Part shown: positions 28,579 to 36,799 of the stretch, piece after piece | How the letters are laid out: the number at the start of each line of letters is the position of its first letter | Numbering within the stretch: position 1 is the stretch's first letter | Virus record (IMG/VR): IMGVR_UViG_3300012933_000388 | Location: 1-64,000 of that record | Length of the DNA stretch: 64,000 nt | Direction: 5' to 3' (one strand) | From: a virus | Lineage: Duplodnaviria > Heunggongvirae > Uroviricota > Caudoviricetes | The notes under the pieces: generated by a model | Seen by the model: the letters and a program-made list of their open reading frames with translations, nothing else | What the model was told of the DNA's origin: nothing | The model's database searches: none | Program-made: the position numbers and the translations under genes

Positions 28579-28917
28579 ATGAATAAAGTTGTTTTTGGTT
28601 TTGGTGTGAGTGTTGATTTTATTAAAAAGAATGTTGATTTTGATTTTGAATTTGAGGGTAGTGGTGTATATGAGTTTGTTGGTGGTAGTGGTGAAATATA
28701 TGGTTATGAGAAGATTAGTAATAATAATGAAGTTGAATTGATGAATGTGGATGATATTCTAAATTCTATTGTTGATGAAGATTTTAGTGAAAAAGATATT
28801 AACAAATTGAAAGAGTTTGTTTTTAGTGATTTTGATGATGATTTGGGTTGTGAGAAAATGAGGTATGTTTGTTGTTATGGTGAGGATGATTTTAGAGAAT
28901 ATTATTATGTGAAATAA
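28579..28917 (+). CDS. highly acidic small protein P1 (112 aa); DNA-mimic/anti-defence candidate
   Basis: ATG after AGGAGATAAAAAA. MNKVVFGFGVSVDF... About 30% D+E. Paralog of P3. Extreme T-ending codon bias. Confidence 0.45.
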   Translation: MNKVVFGFGVSVDFIKKNVDFDFEFEGSGVYEFVGGSGEIYGYEKISNNNEVELMNVDDILNSIVDEDFSEKDINKLKEFVFSDFDDDLGCEKMRYVCCYGEDDFREYYYVK

Positions 28918-28951
28918 TAACATACTAAAATGTAAGCTTATTTTAAAAAAG

Positions 28952-28980
28952 TTGTACAAAATTGAAATTTGTATTATAAT
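28952..28980 (+). promoter_or_regulatory. consensus sigma70 promoter TTGTAC-N17-TATAAT (module copy 1)
   Basis: 57-bp module ctaaaatgtaagcttatttt..gttgtacaaaattgaaatttgtattataat, duplicated at 29243-29303. Confidence 0.55.
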
Positions 28981-29025
28981 ATATTTGTAATTTGATAAAA
29001 TGTAAACTTTTTAAAAGGGGATAGT

Positions 29026-29208
29026 ATGAAAGTAGCAAAAGTTGTGTTGAACATTGAAGTGTCAATTAATGAAAATGATTATAATGATTTGATGGCAAAT
29101 TTGAAAGATGTTTGTGGGTTGACTAATAAGTGTGACTTAGAAAATTATATTAGTGATGGTTTAGTGTATGATATTGAGAAAAATAATAGTAAGTTTTTGT
29201 TTGATTAA
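29026..29208 (+). CDS. acidic small protein P2 (60 aa)
   Basis: SD AAGGGG. Followed by a GAAA-tetraloop terminator. Confidence 0.4.
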   Translation: MKVAKVVLNIEVSINENDYNDLMANLKDVCGLTNKCDLENYISDGLVYDIEKNNSKFLFD

Positions 29209-29214
29209 AAGTGG

Positions 29215-29240
29215 GAGGGACACGAAAGTGTCCTTTCTAT
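29215..29240 (+). terminator. rho-independent terminator (GGACAC-GAAA-GTGTCC + TTTC)
   Basis: Stem-loop with GAAA tetraloop. Confidence 0.45.
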
Positions 29241-29274
29241 ACTTTACTAAAATGTAAGCTTATTTGAAAAAAAG

Positions 29275-29303
29275 TTGTACAAAATTGAAATTTGTATTAT
29301 AAT
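29275..29303 (+). promoter_or_regulatory. consensus sigma70 promoter TTGTAC-N17-TATAAT (module copy 2)
   Basis: Duplicate of the 28952 module. Confidence 0.55.
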
Positions 29304-29336
29304 TGGTTTTCTGTTTAAATGAAAAAGGAATTTGAA

Positions 29337-29714
29337 ATGAATACAAAAGTGTTTAGTTTTGGTGTGGATGAAGATTCGTTAACTTTTGAAACAGAATTTG
29401 ATTCTTTAGAGTCTTATTTTAAAGTGGAAGGAATTCGCTATTGTGGCTATTTCTTAGACAAATATAATACTGAGGTAGTCAATAGTGTTACTGTTCAAGA
29501 TAAAGAGGAACTTTTTGATTATGATGAAGGTGAGTTAGAATTAGCTAAGTTTGATGAAATGGTAGCTAAGTATGATTCATTTTTGAAAAATAATAGTGAT
29601 TATGTGTTAGTCAATTATTGTATTGAATATGATATTTCTTGGATATTAATGAGTAAAGCTGATTATGCTAAGTTTTTAGAATTGTGTGAACTAGAAGTAG
29701 CAAACGAAGAATAA
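29337..29714 (+). CDS. highly acidic small protein P3 (125 aa), paralog of P1
   Basis: SD AAGGAA. MNTKVFSFGVDED parallels P1 MNKVVFGFGVSVD. Could also start at ATG 29319. Confidence 0.45.
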   Translation: MNTKVFSFGVDEDSLTFETEFDSLESYFKVEGIRYCGYFLDKYNTEVVNSVTVQDKEELFDYDEGELELAKFDEMVAKYDSFLKNNSDYVLVNYCIEYDISWILMSKADYAKFLELCELEVANEE

Positions 29715-29718
29715 AATT

Positions 29719-29742
29719 GGGAACCGAAAGGTTCCCTTTTTT
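29719..29742 (+). terminator. rho-independent terminator (GGGAACC-GAAA-GGTTCCC + T6)
   Basis: Perfect 7-bp stem, GAAA loop, T-run. Confidence 0.65.
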
Positions 29743-29810
29743 ATCTCTATCGGAAACAAAAGTGCCAATCGCCCCCGGCCGAGTAAGCTTACACTTTGAT
29801 TGGTTATTGG

Positions 29811-29839
29811 TTGACCAAATTCCAAAACTGTGTGATAAT
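29811..29839 (+). promoter_or_regulatory. early promoter family member (TTGACC-N17-GATAAT)
   Basis: ggttgaccaaattccaaaactgtgtgataattcagtca. Confidence 0.5.
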
Positions 29840-29868
29840 TCAGTCATCGATTAAATGAAAGGTCTGTT

Positions 29869-30132
29869 ATGACAAAGTTTTTGGTTGAGGTTGTTTCGAT
29901 TGAAGATGGTGAGTATTATTCTGATAACAATGTTTCTGGATCTACTGTGAATGTGACATTACAACGTGGTAGTGACTTTGCTAGTTGTGATCAGATTTTG
30001 TTTTGGGAAGCAACTGATCAAGAAGAGTTAAACGATCTGTTCGATGAGTGGGTCGATTTGGCTATCGGTGGTGAGGAAGGCTATAGTGCTATGATCACTG
30101 AAAATGGTGTTACAAAAATGTATTCTCAATAA
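29869..30132 (+). CDS. hypothetical acidic protein
   Basis: ORF 87 aa downstream of a family promoter. Confidence 0.4.
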   Translation: MTKFLVEVVSIEDGEYYSDNNVSGSTVNVTLQRGSDFASCDQILFWEATDQEELNDLFDEWVDLAIGGEEGYSAMITENGVTKMYSQ

Positions 30133-30156
30133 GCTTCGGCTTTGTATGGTTATTGG

Positions 30157-30185
30157 TTGACCAAATCGAAATTTGGTCTTATAAT
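30157..30185 (+). promoter_or_regulatory. early promoter family member
   Basis: TTGACCaaatcgaaatttggtctTATAATagagtca. Confidence 0.55.
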
Positions 30186-30208
30186 AGAGTCATCTAAAGG
30201 AGATCAGT

Positions 30209-30517
30209 ATGTCATTCAAGTTCGGTGTTTCTTACAACTGTGAAGTTGGTAGCAATTGTGTTGGTGGAGCAGATGATGGTTATTACAGCACTGATATGCT
30301 TGGAAACGATTTGGGCAAGATTTGTTTACACATTCAAGCAAAAGAAGCAGATCCTGATATGACATTGGTACTTAACGATGACAACTTCATCGGCGAACAA
30401 TGTTCACAAGGTGGCAAGGTTGTGGCTTATTTTGGCTACGATTATAACGGCGATGGTGAATTCTATCCAACTATCGTGATTTACGAAGATCCTGTCGACA
30501 TTGAGATTATCGAATAA
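30209..30517 (+). CDS. hypothetical acidic protein
   Basis: ORF 102 aa with SD AAGGAG. Confidence 0.4.
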   Translation: MSFKFGVSYNCEVGSNCVGGADDGYYSTDMLGNDLGKICLHIQAKEADPDMTLVLNDDNFIGEQCSQGGKVVAYFGYDYNGDGEFYPTIVIYEDPVDIEIIE

Positions 30518-30541
30518 CCTTACACTCTAGTAAGGTATTGG

Positions 30542-30570
30542 TTGACCAAATTTCGATTTGGTCTGATAAT
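30542..30570 (+). promoter_or_regulatory. early promoter family member
   Basis: TTGACCaaatttcgatttggtctGATAATagagtca. Confidence 0.55.
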
Positions 30571-30596
30571 AGAGTCATTGATACAGGAGAAGTAGA

Positions 30597-30860
30597 ATGA
30601 GTACAAAGACACGTTTGGTAGCACGCACAGTTTGTGACCTCACTGGCAAAGGCCATGTGATCTATAATGACAAGATGGCTGATGGTCGCCGCAGTCTGAA
30701 GGTTTGGGGTTGGGGTGAAGACGAATATTACAGAGCTAAGTCATTGCTCGAAGTAATGGGCTGTAATGTCAAGCTGGTTGTGAATGAGCGCTTCGATGCT
30801 CGTTGGGGCGGCAATATCGTTGTGCGTCGATTGCACGTGACTGAGAATGTGACATACTGA
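30597..30860 (+). CDS. hypothetical protein
   Basis: ORF 87 aa. Confidence 0.4.
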   Translation: MSTKTRLVARTVCDLTGKGHVIYNDKMADGRRSLKVWGWGEDEYYRAKSLLEVMGCNVKLVVNERFDARWGGNIVVRRLHVTENVTY

Positions 30861-30870
30861 GGAGAATGAG

Positions 30871-31242
30871 ATGAGTACACGCAGCTTTATTGGGTATCAG
30901 CATAACGTTGGTGAGTTTCGTGGCATGTACTGTCACTATGACGGCTACCCTAGTCACGTGGGTGCAATTCTAGCAAAGCACCACAGCAGCTTCGAATCTC
31001 TATGTGAGATCGTCTATGGTGGACAGATCCGCAACTTCGATAATGATGGCACAATCGTCCGTTTCGGTGATGAAGGCGACGACAATCCAGAAAGCTTTGT
31101 CAATCTCGCTGAGGTATTGAATGATGTGTATGATTATGCATATCTGTTTGATCAGGGTGAAAATCGTTGGAGATGCTTCGAACGCAATCGTGACCTTCTT
31201 ATTGAAGAAGTCAACATCCCCGTGAATGAGCTTACAGTTTGA
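30871..31242 (+). CDS. hypothetical protein
   Basis: ORF 123 aa with SD GAGGAG. Confidence 0.4.
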   Translation: MSTRSFIGYQHNVGEFRGMYCHYDGYPSHVGAILAKHHSSFESLCEIVYGGQIRNFDNDGTIVRFGDEGDDNPESFVNLAEVLNDVYDYAYLFDQGENRWRCFERNRDLLIEEVNIPVNELTV

Positions 31243-31262
31243 TCTGGTACTTTTAGCCCGAG

Positions 31263-31291
31263 TTGTCCAAATTCCAAATTGGACTGATAAT
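31263..31291 (+). promoter_or_regulatory. early promoter family member
   Basis: TTGTCCaaattccaaattggactGATAATagagtca. Confidence 0.5.
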
Positions 31292-31317
31292 AGAGTCATC
31301 TTTTAAGGAGTACCCGA

Positions 31318-31662
31318 ATGATTGCATTGCCACATAACCCAGAGTTGTTTGTTCCACACCACACATTGCAAAAGCTGATGTACGATAAGGCGTTGATCAA
31401 GCAATTGGCCATTCAAATCGTTGCAGGGCAAGTGGAGGCTCACATCGAGATGGGTTGCGATATGCCGAGTGAGTACAACAATCACGCAGATACTGCGGCT
31501 ATGATTGGCGATGCTAAAGTAACTGCAGAGGAATACTTCGCAGATTTAGTGACTGAATTCCGCGATGCAGTATATGAGGCAATCCGTACTGTTGAAGTCA
31601 ACGTGAAATCGACTACGTTTTCACCAGAGGGCTTGGAAGATGCAGTTGTGGAGGTGCAATAA
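31318..31662 (+). CDS. hypothetical protein
   Basis: ORF 114 aa with SD AAGGAG. Confidence 0.4.
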   Translation: MIALPHNPELFVPHHTLQKLMYDKALIKQLAIQIVAGQVEAHIEMGCDMPSEYNNHADTAAMIGDAKVTAEEYFADLVTEFRDAVYEAIRTVEVNVKSTTFSPEGLEDAVVEVQ

Positions 31663-31841
31663 TGTATACGATCGATGAATTTGAAATGCTAATGAATGAG
31701 TCATACCCTGCGATATTGATTGGCGGCCGCGAGTATGGCCGCGGCACTACATTGCGTGCAGTCGATCCAAAGCAATTCGAAATCGAATTCCATGACTGGA
31801 TGCATTATTTGGATGAGTGTGAAGAAGACCGCGTGAATTGA
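31662..31841 (+). CDS. small acidic protein (59 aa; below the ORF-track cutoff)
   Basis: TAATG coupling to the previous gene. MYTIDEFEMLMNESYPAILIGGREYGRG... Confidence 0.3.
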   Translation: MYTIDEFEMLMNESYPAILIGGREYGRGTTLRAVDPKQFEIEFHDWMHYLDECEEDRVN

Positions 31842-31869
31842 ATACCCTTACAAAGTAGAAGCTTATCCG

Positions 31870-31898
31870 TTGACGGAATGTCGATTTGGACTTATAAT
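31870..31898 (+). promoter_or_regulatory. early promoter family member
   Basis: TTGACGgaatgtcgatttggactTATAATagagtca. Confidence 0.5.
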
Positions 31899-31922
31899 AG
31901 AGTCATTGCAAACAAAGGATGA

Positions 31923-32534
31923 ATGATGTATAAGATCGCTGAGTATGATTTGGTCAACATTGGCCGCAACGGTATGGGTTCGATTCGCTGCAAGGTGACT
32001 GGCTTTTGGAGTGGCGATTCAATCACTCTGTATATTGATCGTCGCTTTAGCACGGTAAAAGAACCAGGTTGGAGAATCACATTATCTAACTCTTCTGGAG
32101 GCCGCGATACTGATGAGGTTGCAGACGACCTAGATGCATATAAGAATTATGCAGCCGCACTCGAAGCGATGTGTGACGTCGGTAAGATGGTTCGTATGGA
32201 GCTCCCTAAGATGGAAGCCGCATATCAAGTGCAACGCGAAGCGGACCGTCAAGAGCGTGAAGCTCAGAAGGCTGCAGAACAAGCGAAGGTTGAAGCTGAT
32301 GAGCGATTGACCGAAGTAGGCGCAACTTTGCTGGTGGAAGAGATGGCTCTGACAGGCGCATATGCACACGCTTACTATCGTGGTAGCGATGAAGTGCGAT
32401 TGGTGGAGTGCGTTCGTCGCGAAAAGACAAAGTACTACTTTGCTGGTAGCATCATGGCTAAGAAGGCTCTGATTGCTAAGTTGGCTGAGATGTCGGCACG
32501 TTCACGTATTCCTGCGGAATTGAAGGCAGCTTAA
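31923..32534 (+). CDS. hypothetical protein with central Glu/Ala/Gln-rich coiled-coil
   Basis: ORF 203 aa. Confidence 0.4.
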   Translation: MMYKIAEYDLVNIGRNGMGSIRCKVTGFWSGDSITLYIDRRFSTVKEPGWRITLSNSSGGRDTDEVADDLDAYKNYAAALEAMCDVGKMVRMELPKMEAAYQVQREADRQEREAQKAAEQAKVEADERLTEVGATLLVEEMALTGAYAHAYYRGSDEVRLVECVRREKTKYYFAGSIMAKKALIAKLAEMSARSRIPAELKAA

Positions 32535-32561
32535 TAAGCTTCTGAGTTGTAAGGTTACTAG

Positions 32562-32590
32562 TTGACCATTTTGGAATTTGGACTTATAAT
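32562..32590 (+). promoter_or_regulatory. early promoter family member
   Basis: TTGACCattttggaatttggactTATAATagagtca. Confidence 0.55.
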
Positions 32591-32613
32591 AGAGTCATAC
32601 TAAGGAGAGAACG

Positions 32614-32759
32614 ATGAATGATTCGATTTTGATGTTTGTGGCACAACGCACGATGCCTAACCAAGTAGCAGCAATCATGGCAAAGACTGAATTGTCATTG
32701 CGTGAGCAGACTACACAATCAGTTAAGCACGAAGCCAAACTCCCAGAGGTGACAGAATA
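32614..32759 (+). CDS. small protein (48 aa; below the ORF-track cutoff)
   Basis: SD AAGGAGAGAACG. TAATG coupling to the next gene. Confidence 0.3.
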
Positions 32760-33020
32760 ATGTTCAAAACTCAAAGCTCAAGCAAGCCACGTCTGGCAAA
32801 CGACACACTCGGTAACGATGCTCTGACCGCATTGTACGATGCATTCAAGACGATGGACCGTGATTCGTTCCACATCTTCGCTGAGGGGGTAGTCATGGCT
32901 GGAGGTGGAAAACAACCTGTGAAACTGGCAATCTGCGAATCGATGGTAGGCGCTACCAAGGAAAAGATTCTTACGAAAGCACAGAACTTCATCCTCGCTG
33001 GGATGGGATTAGGAGTCTAA
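32760..33020 (+). CDS. hypothetical protein
   Basis: ORF 86 aa. Confidence 0.4.
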   Translation: MFKTQSSSKPRLANDTLGNDALTALYDAFKTMDRDSFHIFAEGVVMAGGGKQPVKLAICESMVGATKEKILTKAQNFILAGMGLGV

Positions 33021-33038
33021 ATCAGAACAAATAAACTG

Positions 33039-33066
33039 TTGACCTTATTCCAAATCTGTGTATAAT
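33039..33066 (+). promoter_or_regulatory. early promoter family member (16-nt spacer)
   Basis: TTGACCttattccaaatctgtgTATAAT. Confidence 0.45.
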
Positions 33067-33091
33067 TGGTTGTACTGAACAAGGAAACGAA

Positions 33092-33496
33092 ATGGCAAAC
33101 AACGAACACTCAGAATATTTGGACCGTAAACTGGCTCACTACAATGTGTGGCTACTTGACCCTAAACGTGAATTCGGCGTCCCATACAAGGGATTCCCAG
33201 AAGATTTAATTAAGACCAAAGGAAAGAAAATGCAATCAAACGTAATCGCTGATATGACTCAAGTGTTGTCTGGTACTAAGGCTCCTGTGGCCGCATCTAA
33301 GGCTAAAGCCGTCAAAGCTAAGACTGCTAAGAAGTCTGACGGTCCTCGTGCAGGTTCCAAAGGCGATATGGCCTTGGCAATCTACAAGCGTCTGAATGGC
33401 GACAAGACATCTGTGATCTCTGCAATCCAAACTGAGATCGGTATGTCTGCTGCTGGTGCGACGACTTACTTCTACAATGCTAAGAAGTTGGCCTAA
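33092..33496 (+). CDS. hypothetical protein with Lys/Ala-rich middle
   Basis: ORF 134 aa with SD AAGGAAACG. Confidence 0.4.
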   Translation: MANNEHSEYLDRKLAHYNVWLLDPKREFGVPYKGFPEDLIKTKGKKMQSNVIADMTQVLSGTKAPVAASKAKAVKAKTAKKSDGPRAGSKGDMALAIYKRLNGDKTSVISAIQTEIGMSAAGATTYFYNAKKLA

Positions 33497-33524
33497 TTAG
33501 CCACTTTAAAAGGTTTCTCCTTTT

Positions 33525-33549
33525 AGCCCGCCTTGCGCGGGCTTTTTTA
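33525..33549 (+). terminator. rho-independent terminator
   Basis: AGCCCGC-cttgc-GCGGGCT + T6. Confidence 0.65.
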
Positions 33550-33577
33550 TTGTCCTTCAACTTTGTATGGTTATTGG

Positions 33578-33606
33578 TTGACCAAATTCCAAATTGGACT
33601 TATAAT
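33578..33606 (+). promoter_or_regulatory. early promoter family member
   Basis: TTGACCaaattccaaattggactTATAATagagtca. Confidence 0.55.
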
Positions 33607-33629
33607 AGAGTCATACTAAGGAGAGAACG

Positions 33630-33836
33630 ATGAACAAGTTTGAGTTTGAGGCTACTGCGACAGACGTAGTGACAAAGAATTTCGAGATCGATGCTGACTT
33701 CTACGCTGGTTCGATGTTTGTGACATGCTCATCAGCTGTTGCAGCAAGAATCGAGACTCTGTTGATCGAAGCTTTGAAGTGTGGTGTGATCGTCAGCAAA
33801 GTTGGTCCTGAATACGCTTTCGACTTCACAGTATGA
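33630..33836 (+). CDS. hypothetical protein
   Basis: ORF 68 aa with SD AAGGAG. Confidence 0.35.
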   Translation: MNKFEFEATATDVVTKNFEIDADFYAGSMFVTCSSAVAARIETLLIEALKCGVIVSKVGPEYAFDFTV

Positions 33837-33954
33837 AATACATCTTAATCACGAACACAGGTAAGGTGTTCACGTTTTATCTCAAAGCTGTTGCAGAGAC
33901 TTACCAACAAGCATACGGCGGCACAATCATCAACGAACAACAAAAGGAACTAGC

Positions 33955-34140
33955 ATGAGTACGAATTCAAATTACATCGATGCGCAATTGTTTACGGTAG
34001 CTCCGCTGCCATTGGAAGAAGCAAACTATCCATATGGCTTCGATGTGCAAATCAGTCAGCAAGGCCGGAAGACGAATCACTTGCGAATCACGGCTGAGCA
34101 AATGCGTAAGATTGAGAATGTTTTAAGGGGTATCGAATGA
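33955..34140 (+). CDS. hypothetical protein
   Basis: ORF 61 aa. Confidence 0.3.
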   Translation: MSTNSNYIDAQLFTVAPLPLEEANYPYGFDVQISQQGRKTNHLRITAEQMRKIENVLRGIE

Positions 34141-34334
34141 TAGTAACAGATGTGACGTTTACCGTAATGCCTGACCAAGACTACTGCTACGAAGTGTGTG
34201 CAGGTGAATTGCTGTCCCTCACATACAAAGAGAATGCAGGCCAAGAGATTTACATCGGATTTGGTTCAGTTGGAGAGATGCAAGCAGTCGCTAAGGCAAT
34301 GTTGAAAGCGTGTGAAGTGAAGGAATCGGTATGA
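34137..34334 (+). CDS. hypothetical protein
   Basis: ORF 65 aa with ATGA overlap. Confidence 0.3.
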   Translation: MIVTDVTFTVMPDQDYCYEVCAGELLSLTYKENAGQEIYIGFGSVGEMQAVAKAMLKACEVKESV

Positions 34335-34558
34335 AAATGAATGACGTATTGCAGTGGGTTGGTTGTCTGTTCTTGATTGGTGGTCACTCACTCAATGCGC
34401 GCGGCCCGGAGGTACATCCATGGAATATCGTCGCTTTCACGCTTGGCACTTTGATGTTCCTTATCTGGACGATTCGTGTCCGTAATGCTCCTCAGATGAC
34501 CGTCAATGCAGTATCAATAACCTTATGCGTTGTAGGCTTATTAAAGGCTGTTGGTTGA
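34331..34558 (+). CDS. small membrane protein
   Basis: ORF 75 aa. Confidence 0.35.
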   Translation: MKMNDVLQWVGCLFLIGGHSLNARGPEVHPWNIVAFTLGTLMFLIWTIRVRNAPQMTVNAVSITLCVVGLLKAVG

Positions 34559-34583
34559 CCAACTTTCCTTTTGGACTTATAAT
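34555..34583 (+). promoter_or_regulatory. early promoter family member
   Basis: TTGACCaactttccttttggactTATAATagagtcaacaaacaaagg. Confidence 0.55.
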
Positions 34584-34719
34584 AGAGTCAACAAACAAAG
34601 GAATGATATGAACACCGATCTCAAAGTAATCCTAACAGCATGTGCAGCAGTTGTGTTGGTCTTCTCACCAGCGATTGCTACTGCTGTTTGGTTCATTGCT
34701 ACTCACTAAGGAGCAGAGC

Positions 34720-34908
34720 ATGTATATTGAGATGACAACATACGCGATCCCAACATTCCTAATCAAGCTGATCACTGTGATTGCAGCAGCACTTGTAGTT
34801 TGGTTTGTGTTGGTTATTCTGGGCACGGCTTTGTACAGCTACATGACAGCACGTGCGATTGAGAAACAAATGAAAATCGATGCAGAGATCGATCGTCTCC
34901 ACAAGTAA
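34720..34908 (+). CDS. small membrane protein
   Basis: In-frame ATG with SD AAGGAG in ORF 34642-34908. Confidence 0.35.
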   Translation: MYIEMTTYAIPTFLIKLITVIAAALVVWFVLVILGTALYSYMTARAIEKQMKIDAEIDRLHK

Positions 34909-34917
34909 GGAAGCAAC

Positions 34918-35190
34918 ATGATTGTCACTACAGGTCTCCCACTAGGTATGGAATTCGATTGGGAAGGCAACCCACGCTACCAAAAGAGCTGGTACCAGGT
35001 GTTCGAATGTACAGACGCTGATGATAAGTGGAGCTACGGACACACCAAAGTCCTGTTTGAAAGCGCTAACCTAGCATTGGCACACACCTATGCATACAAC
35101 GCGTGGCTTGAAGATGAGACTAGGATCTACACTATCATTCAGGCGTGCGATGAATCGTGTCGTGGTGGCTACGGATTCGCAGAAGAATAA
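34918..35190 (+). CDS. hypothetical protein
   Basis: ORF 90 aa with SD AAGGAAG. Confidence 0.4.
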   Translation: MIVTTGLPLGMEFDWEGNPRYQKSWYQVFECTDADDKWSYGHTKVLFESANLALAHTYAYNAWLEDETRIYTIIQACDESCRGGYGFAEE

Positions 35191-35214
35191 CCTTCAAGTT
35201 TGTATGGATATCAG

Positions 35215-35243
35215 TTGTCCAAAGTCCAAATTGGACAGATAAT
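35215..35243 (+). promoter_or_regulatory. early promoter family member
   Basis: TTGTCCaaagtccaaattggacaGATAATtgagtcaacaaacaaaggaa. Confidence 0.5.
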
Positions 35244-35269
35244 TGAGTCAACAAACAAAGGAAAGCAAC

Positions 35270-35545
35270 ATGCGTAATCCACTAGACTTCATTCCACACT
35301 TGATCCTGGGTTGTATCATTGCAGGACCATTGCTGTTGTTGGTCTGTGCGATCGATCATGCAATTGGTACAGACAAGGTGTTGAATACGTGGACGGGCAC
35401 TAAGAGCGTATGTTCACGTCAGCAATACAACTACAGCCTGAAGGTCACTCAATGCAAGGAATATAAGTCTGTTCCTGCTGCTTGCAAGAAGGTTGAGCAC
35501 ACTGGTCCGATCTTTGGTACATTCATTAACGATCGTTGCGAATAA
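35270..35545 (+). CDS. secreted/membrane Cys-containing protein
   Basis: In-frame ATG with SD AAGGAAAG. Hydrophobic N-terminus. Confidence 0.4.
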   Translation: MRNPLDFIPHLILGCIIAGPLLLLVCAIDHAIGTDKVLNTWTGTKSVCSRQQYNYSLKVTQCKEYKSVPAACKKVEHTGPIFGTFINDRCE

Positions 35546-35555
35546 GGAGAGAATC

Positions 35556-35825
35556 ATGGACAAGTCACAAGGTTACCCAGACATCCCCGGTGCAGCAGAA
35601 TACTACTGCGAAGTGATCAAGCCAAGCGAGATGGTCACTAAGGCATTTGAAGTGATCGAGATGCAATTCTTCACTGCATATGGTGGCTGCACTCGTGGAT
35701 ACTCCTCAGAGCGTAAGGTTGCTGAGGCCTCTACCAAAGAGGTCGCTGAACAGATCGCTAAGAAGTGGTCTGCCGATCGTGGCATTGCCGCACCGTTCTA
35801 TTACTACACAAAGGAAGCGAAATGA
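35556..35825 (+). CDS. hypothetical protein
   Basis: In-frame ATG with SD AAGGAGAG. Confidence 0.4.
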   Translation: MDKSQGYPDIPGAAEYYCEVIKPSEMVTKAFEVIEMQFFTAYGGCTRGYSSERKVAEASTKEVAEQIAKKWSADRGIAAPFYYYTKEAK

Positions 35826-36052
35826 AGCTGACTAGTAAAAAGGATTTCACGGCCAATCACACTGACTACTACACTGTGTTTGATGATGGTGTTGAGATTG
35901 GGTTCTATTCACGTCGACGTAGCGCAGATCCGGTAGAGTTTGCGTTCTTCTTTGACTGTGACAGTATTGTATACGATAGTCCTACTTTTGCTAGCAAGAA
36001 GGAATTGTTTGATCATCTGAATACCCTTCAACTTTGTATGGTTGCTCGTTGA
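35822..36052 (+). CDS. hypothetical protein
   Basis: ATGA coupling. Confidence 0.35.
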   Translation: MKLTSKKDFTANHTDYYTVFDDGVEIGFYSRRRSADPVEFAFFFDCDSIVYDSPTFASKKELFDHLNTLQLCMVAR

Positions 36053-36077
36053 CCAACTTGGAATTTGGTCTTATAAT
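36049..36077 (+). promoter_or_regulatory. early promoter family member
   Basis: TTGACCaacttggaatttggtctTATAATtgagtcaacaaacaaaggaacactcaaATG. Confidence 0.55.
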
Positions 36078-36104
36078 TGAGTCAACAAACAAAGGAACAC
36101 TCAA

Positions 36105-36494
36105 ATGTACAGCTTCTATCCAACAGCTCCAATTCCAGTCGATCACACAGGTCTGTTCATCGTAGGCATGGTATGTGCTACATGGCTGGTCGTCTGCTTG
36201 ATGAATTGTGCAGAAGAGTTCTTTGTCAACTTCTTCTTCGTGGCAATCGTCATGGCTATCGGCTATGGTGTTAGCTTCCACTGGACAAGCCAAGAAGTGA
36301 AGACATTCAAGAATGAGAAGGTCACTGCTGAATTCGTTAGCTTTCAACCAGAAGGTTATCGCGAGAAAAGCGGTAAGTCAATGGTCGACAAACACTACAT
36401 GTACGTTGTATACTCAGTGAACGGCGATCCAGTAATCTTGCAAGGTCAGCCTGGCCAGACATATCCACAAACAGTAATCCTCTACAAGAACTAA
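36105..36494 (+). CDS. membrane protein
   Basis: ORF 129 aa. Confidence 0.4.
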   Translation: MYSFYPTAPIPVDHTGLFIVGMVCATWLVVCLMNCAEEFFVNFFFVAIVMAIGYGVSFHWTSQEVKTFKNEKVTAEFVSFQPEGYREKSGKSMVDKHYMYVVYSVNGDPVILQGQPGQTYPQTVILYKN

Positions 36495-36503
36495 GGAGTT
36501 AAT

Positions 36504-36740
36504 ATGAGTCACGAAGGTTATGATACAGCTCACGAAGCAATCAAGGCCGCTATTGAAGCGGGTGGTGTAGACGAGTTTGAGGGGATGAATTGCAACGATT
36601 ACACATTTGATGATGAGACGTCAGAATGCGCTGGTTGGGACGGAGTAGATCGACGTTGTGACTGTGGCAATCGACGTGTTAGTTGGGAAACAGGTCAGTA
36701 TGATAACGGTAAATTCTATGCGTACGCTGTAGCATATTAA
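36504..36740 (+). CDS. hypothetical acidic Cys-containing protein
   Basis: ORF 78 aa. Confidence 0.35.
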   Translation: MSHEGYDTAHEAIKAAIEAGGVDEFEGMNCNDYTFDDETSECAGWDGVDRRCDCGNRRVSWETGQYDNGKFYAYAVAY

Positions 36741-36743
36741 CCG

Positions 36744-36772
36744 TTGTCCAAATTCCAAATTGGTCTTATAAT
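36744..36772 (+). promoter_or_regulatory. early promoter family member
   Basis: TTGTCCaaattccaaattggtctTATAATtgagtcaacaaacaaaggaacactcaaATG. Promoter and 5'UTR are identical to the 36049 copy. Confidence 0.55.
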
Positions 36773-36799
36773 TGAGTCAACAAACAAAGGAACACTCAA

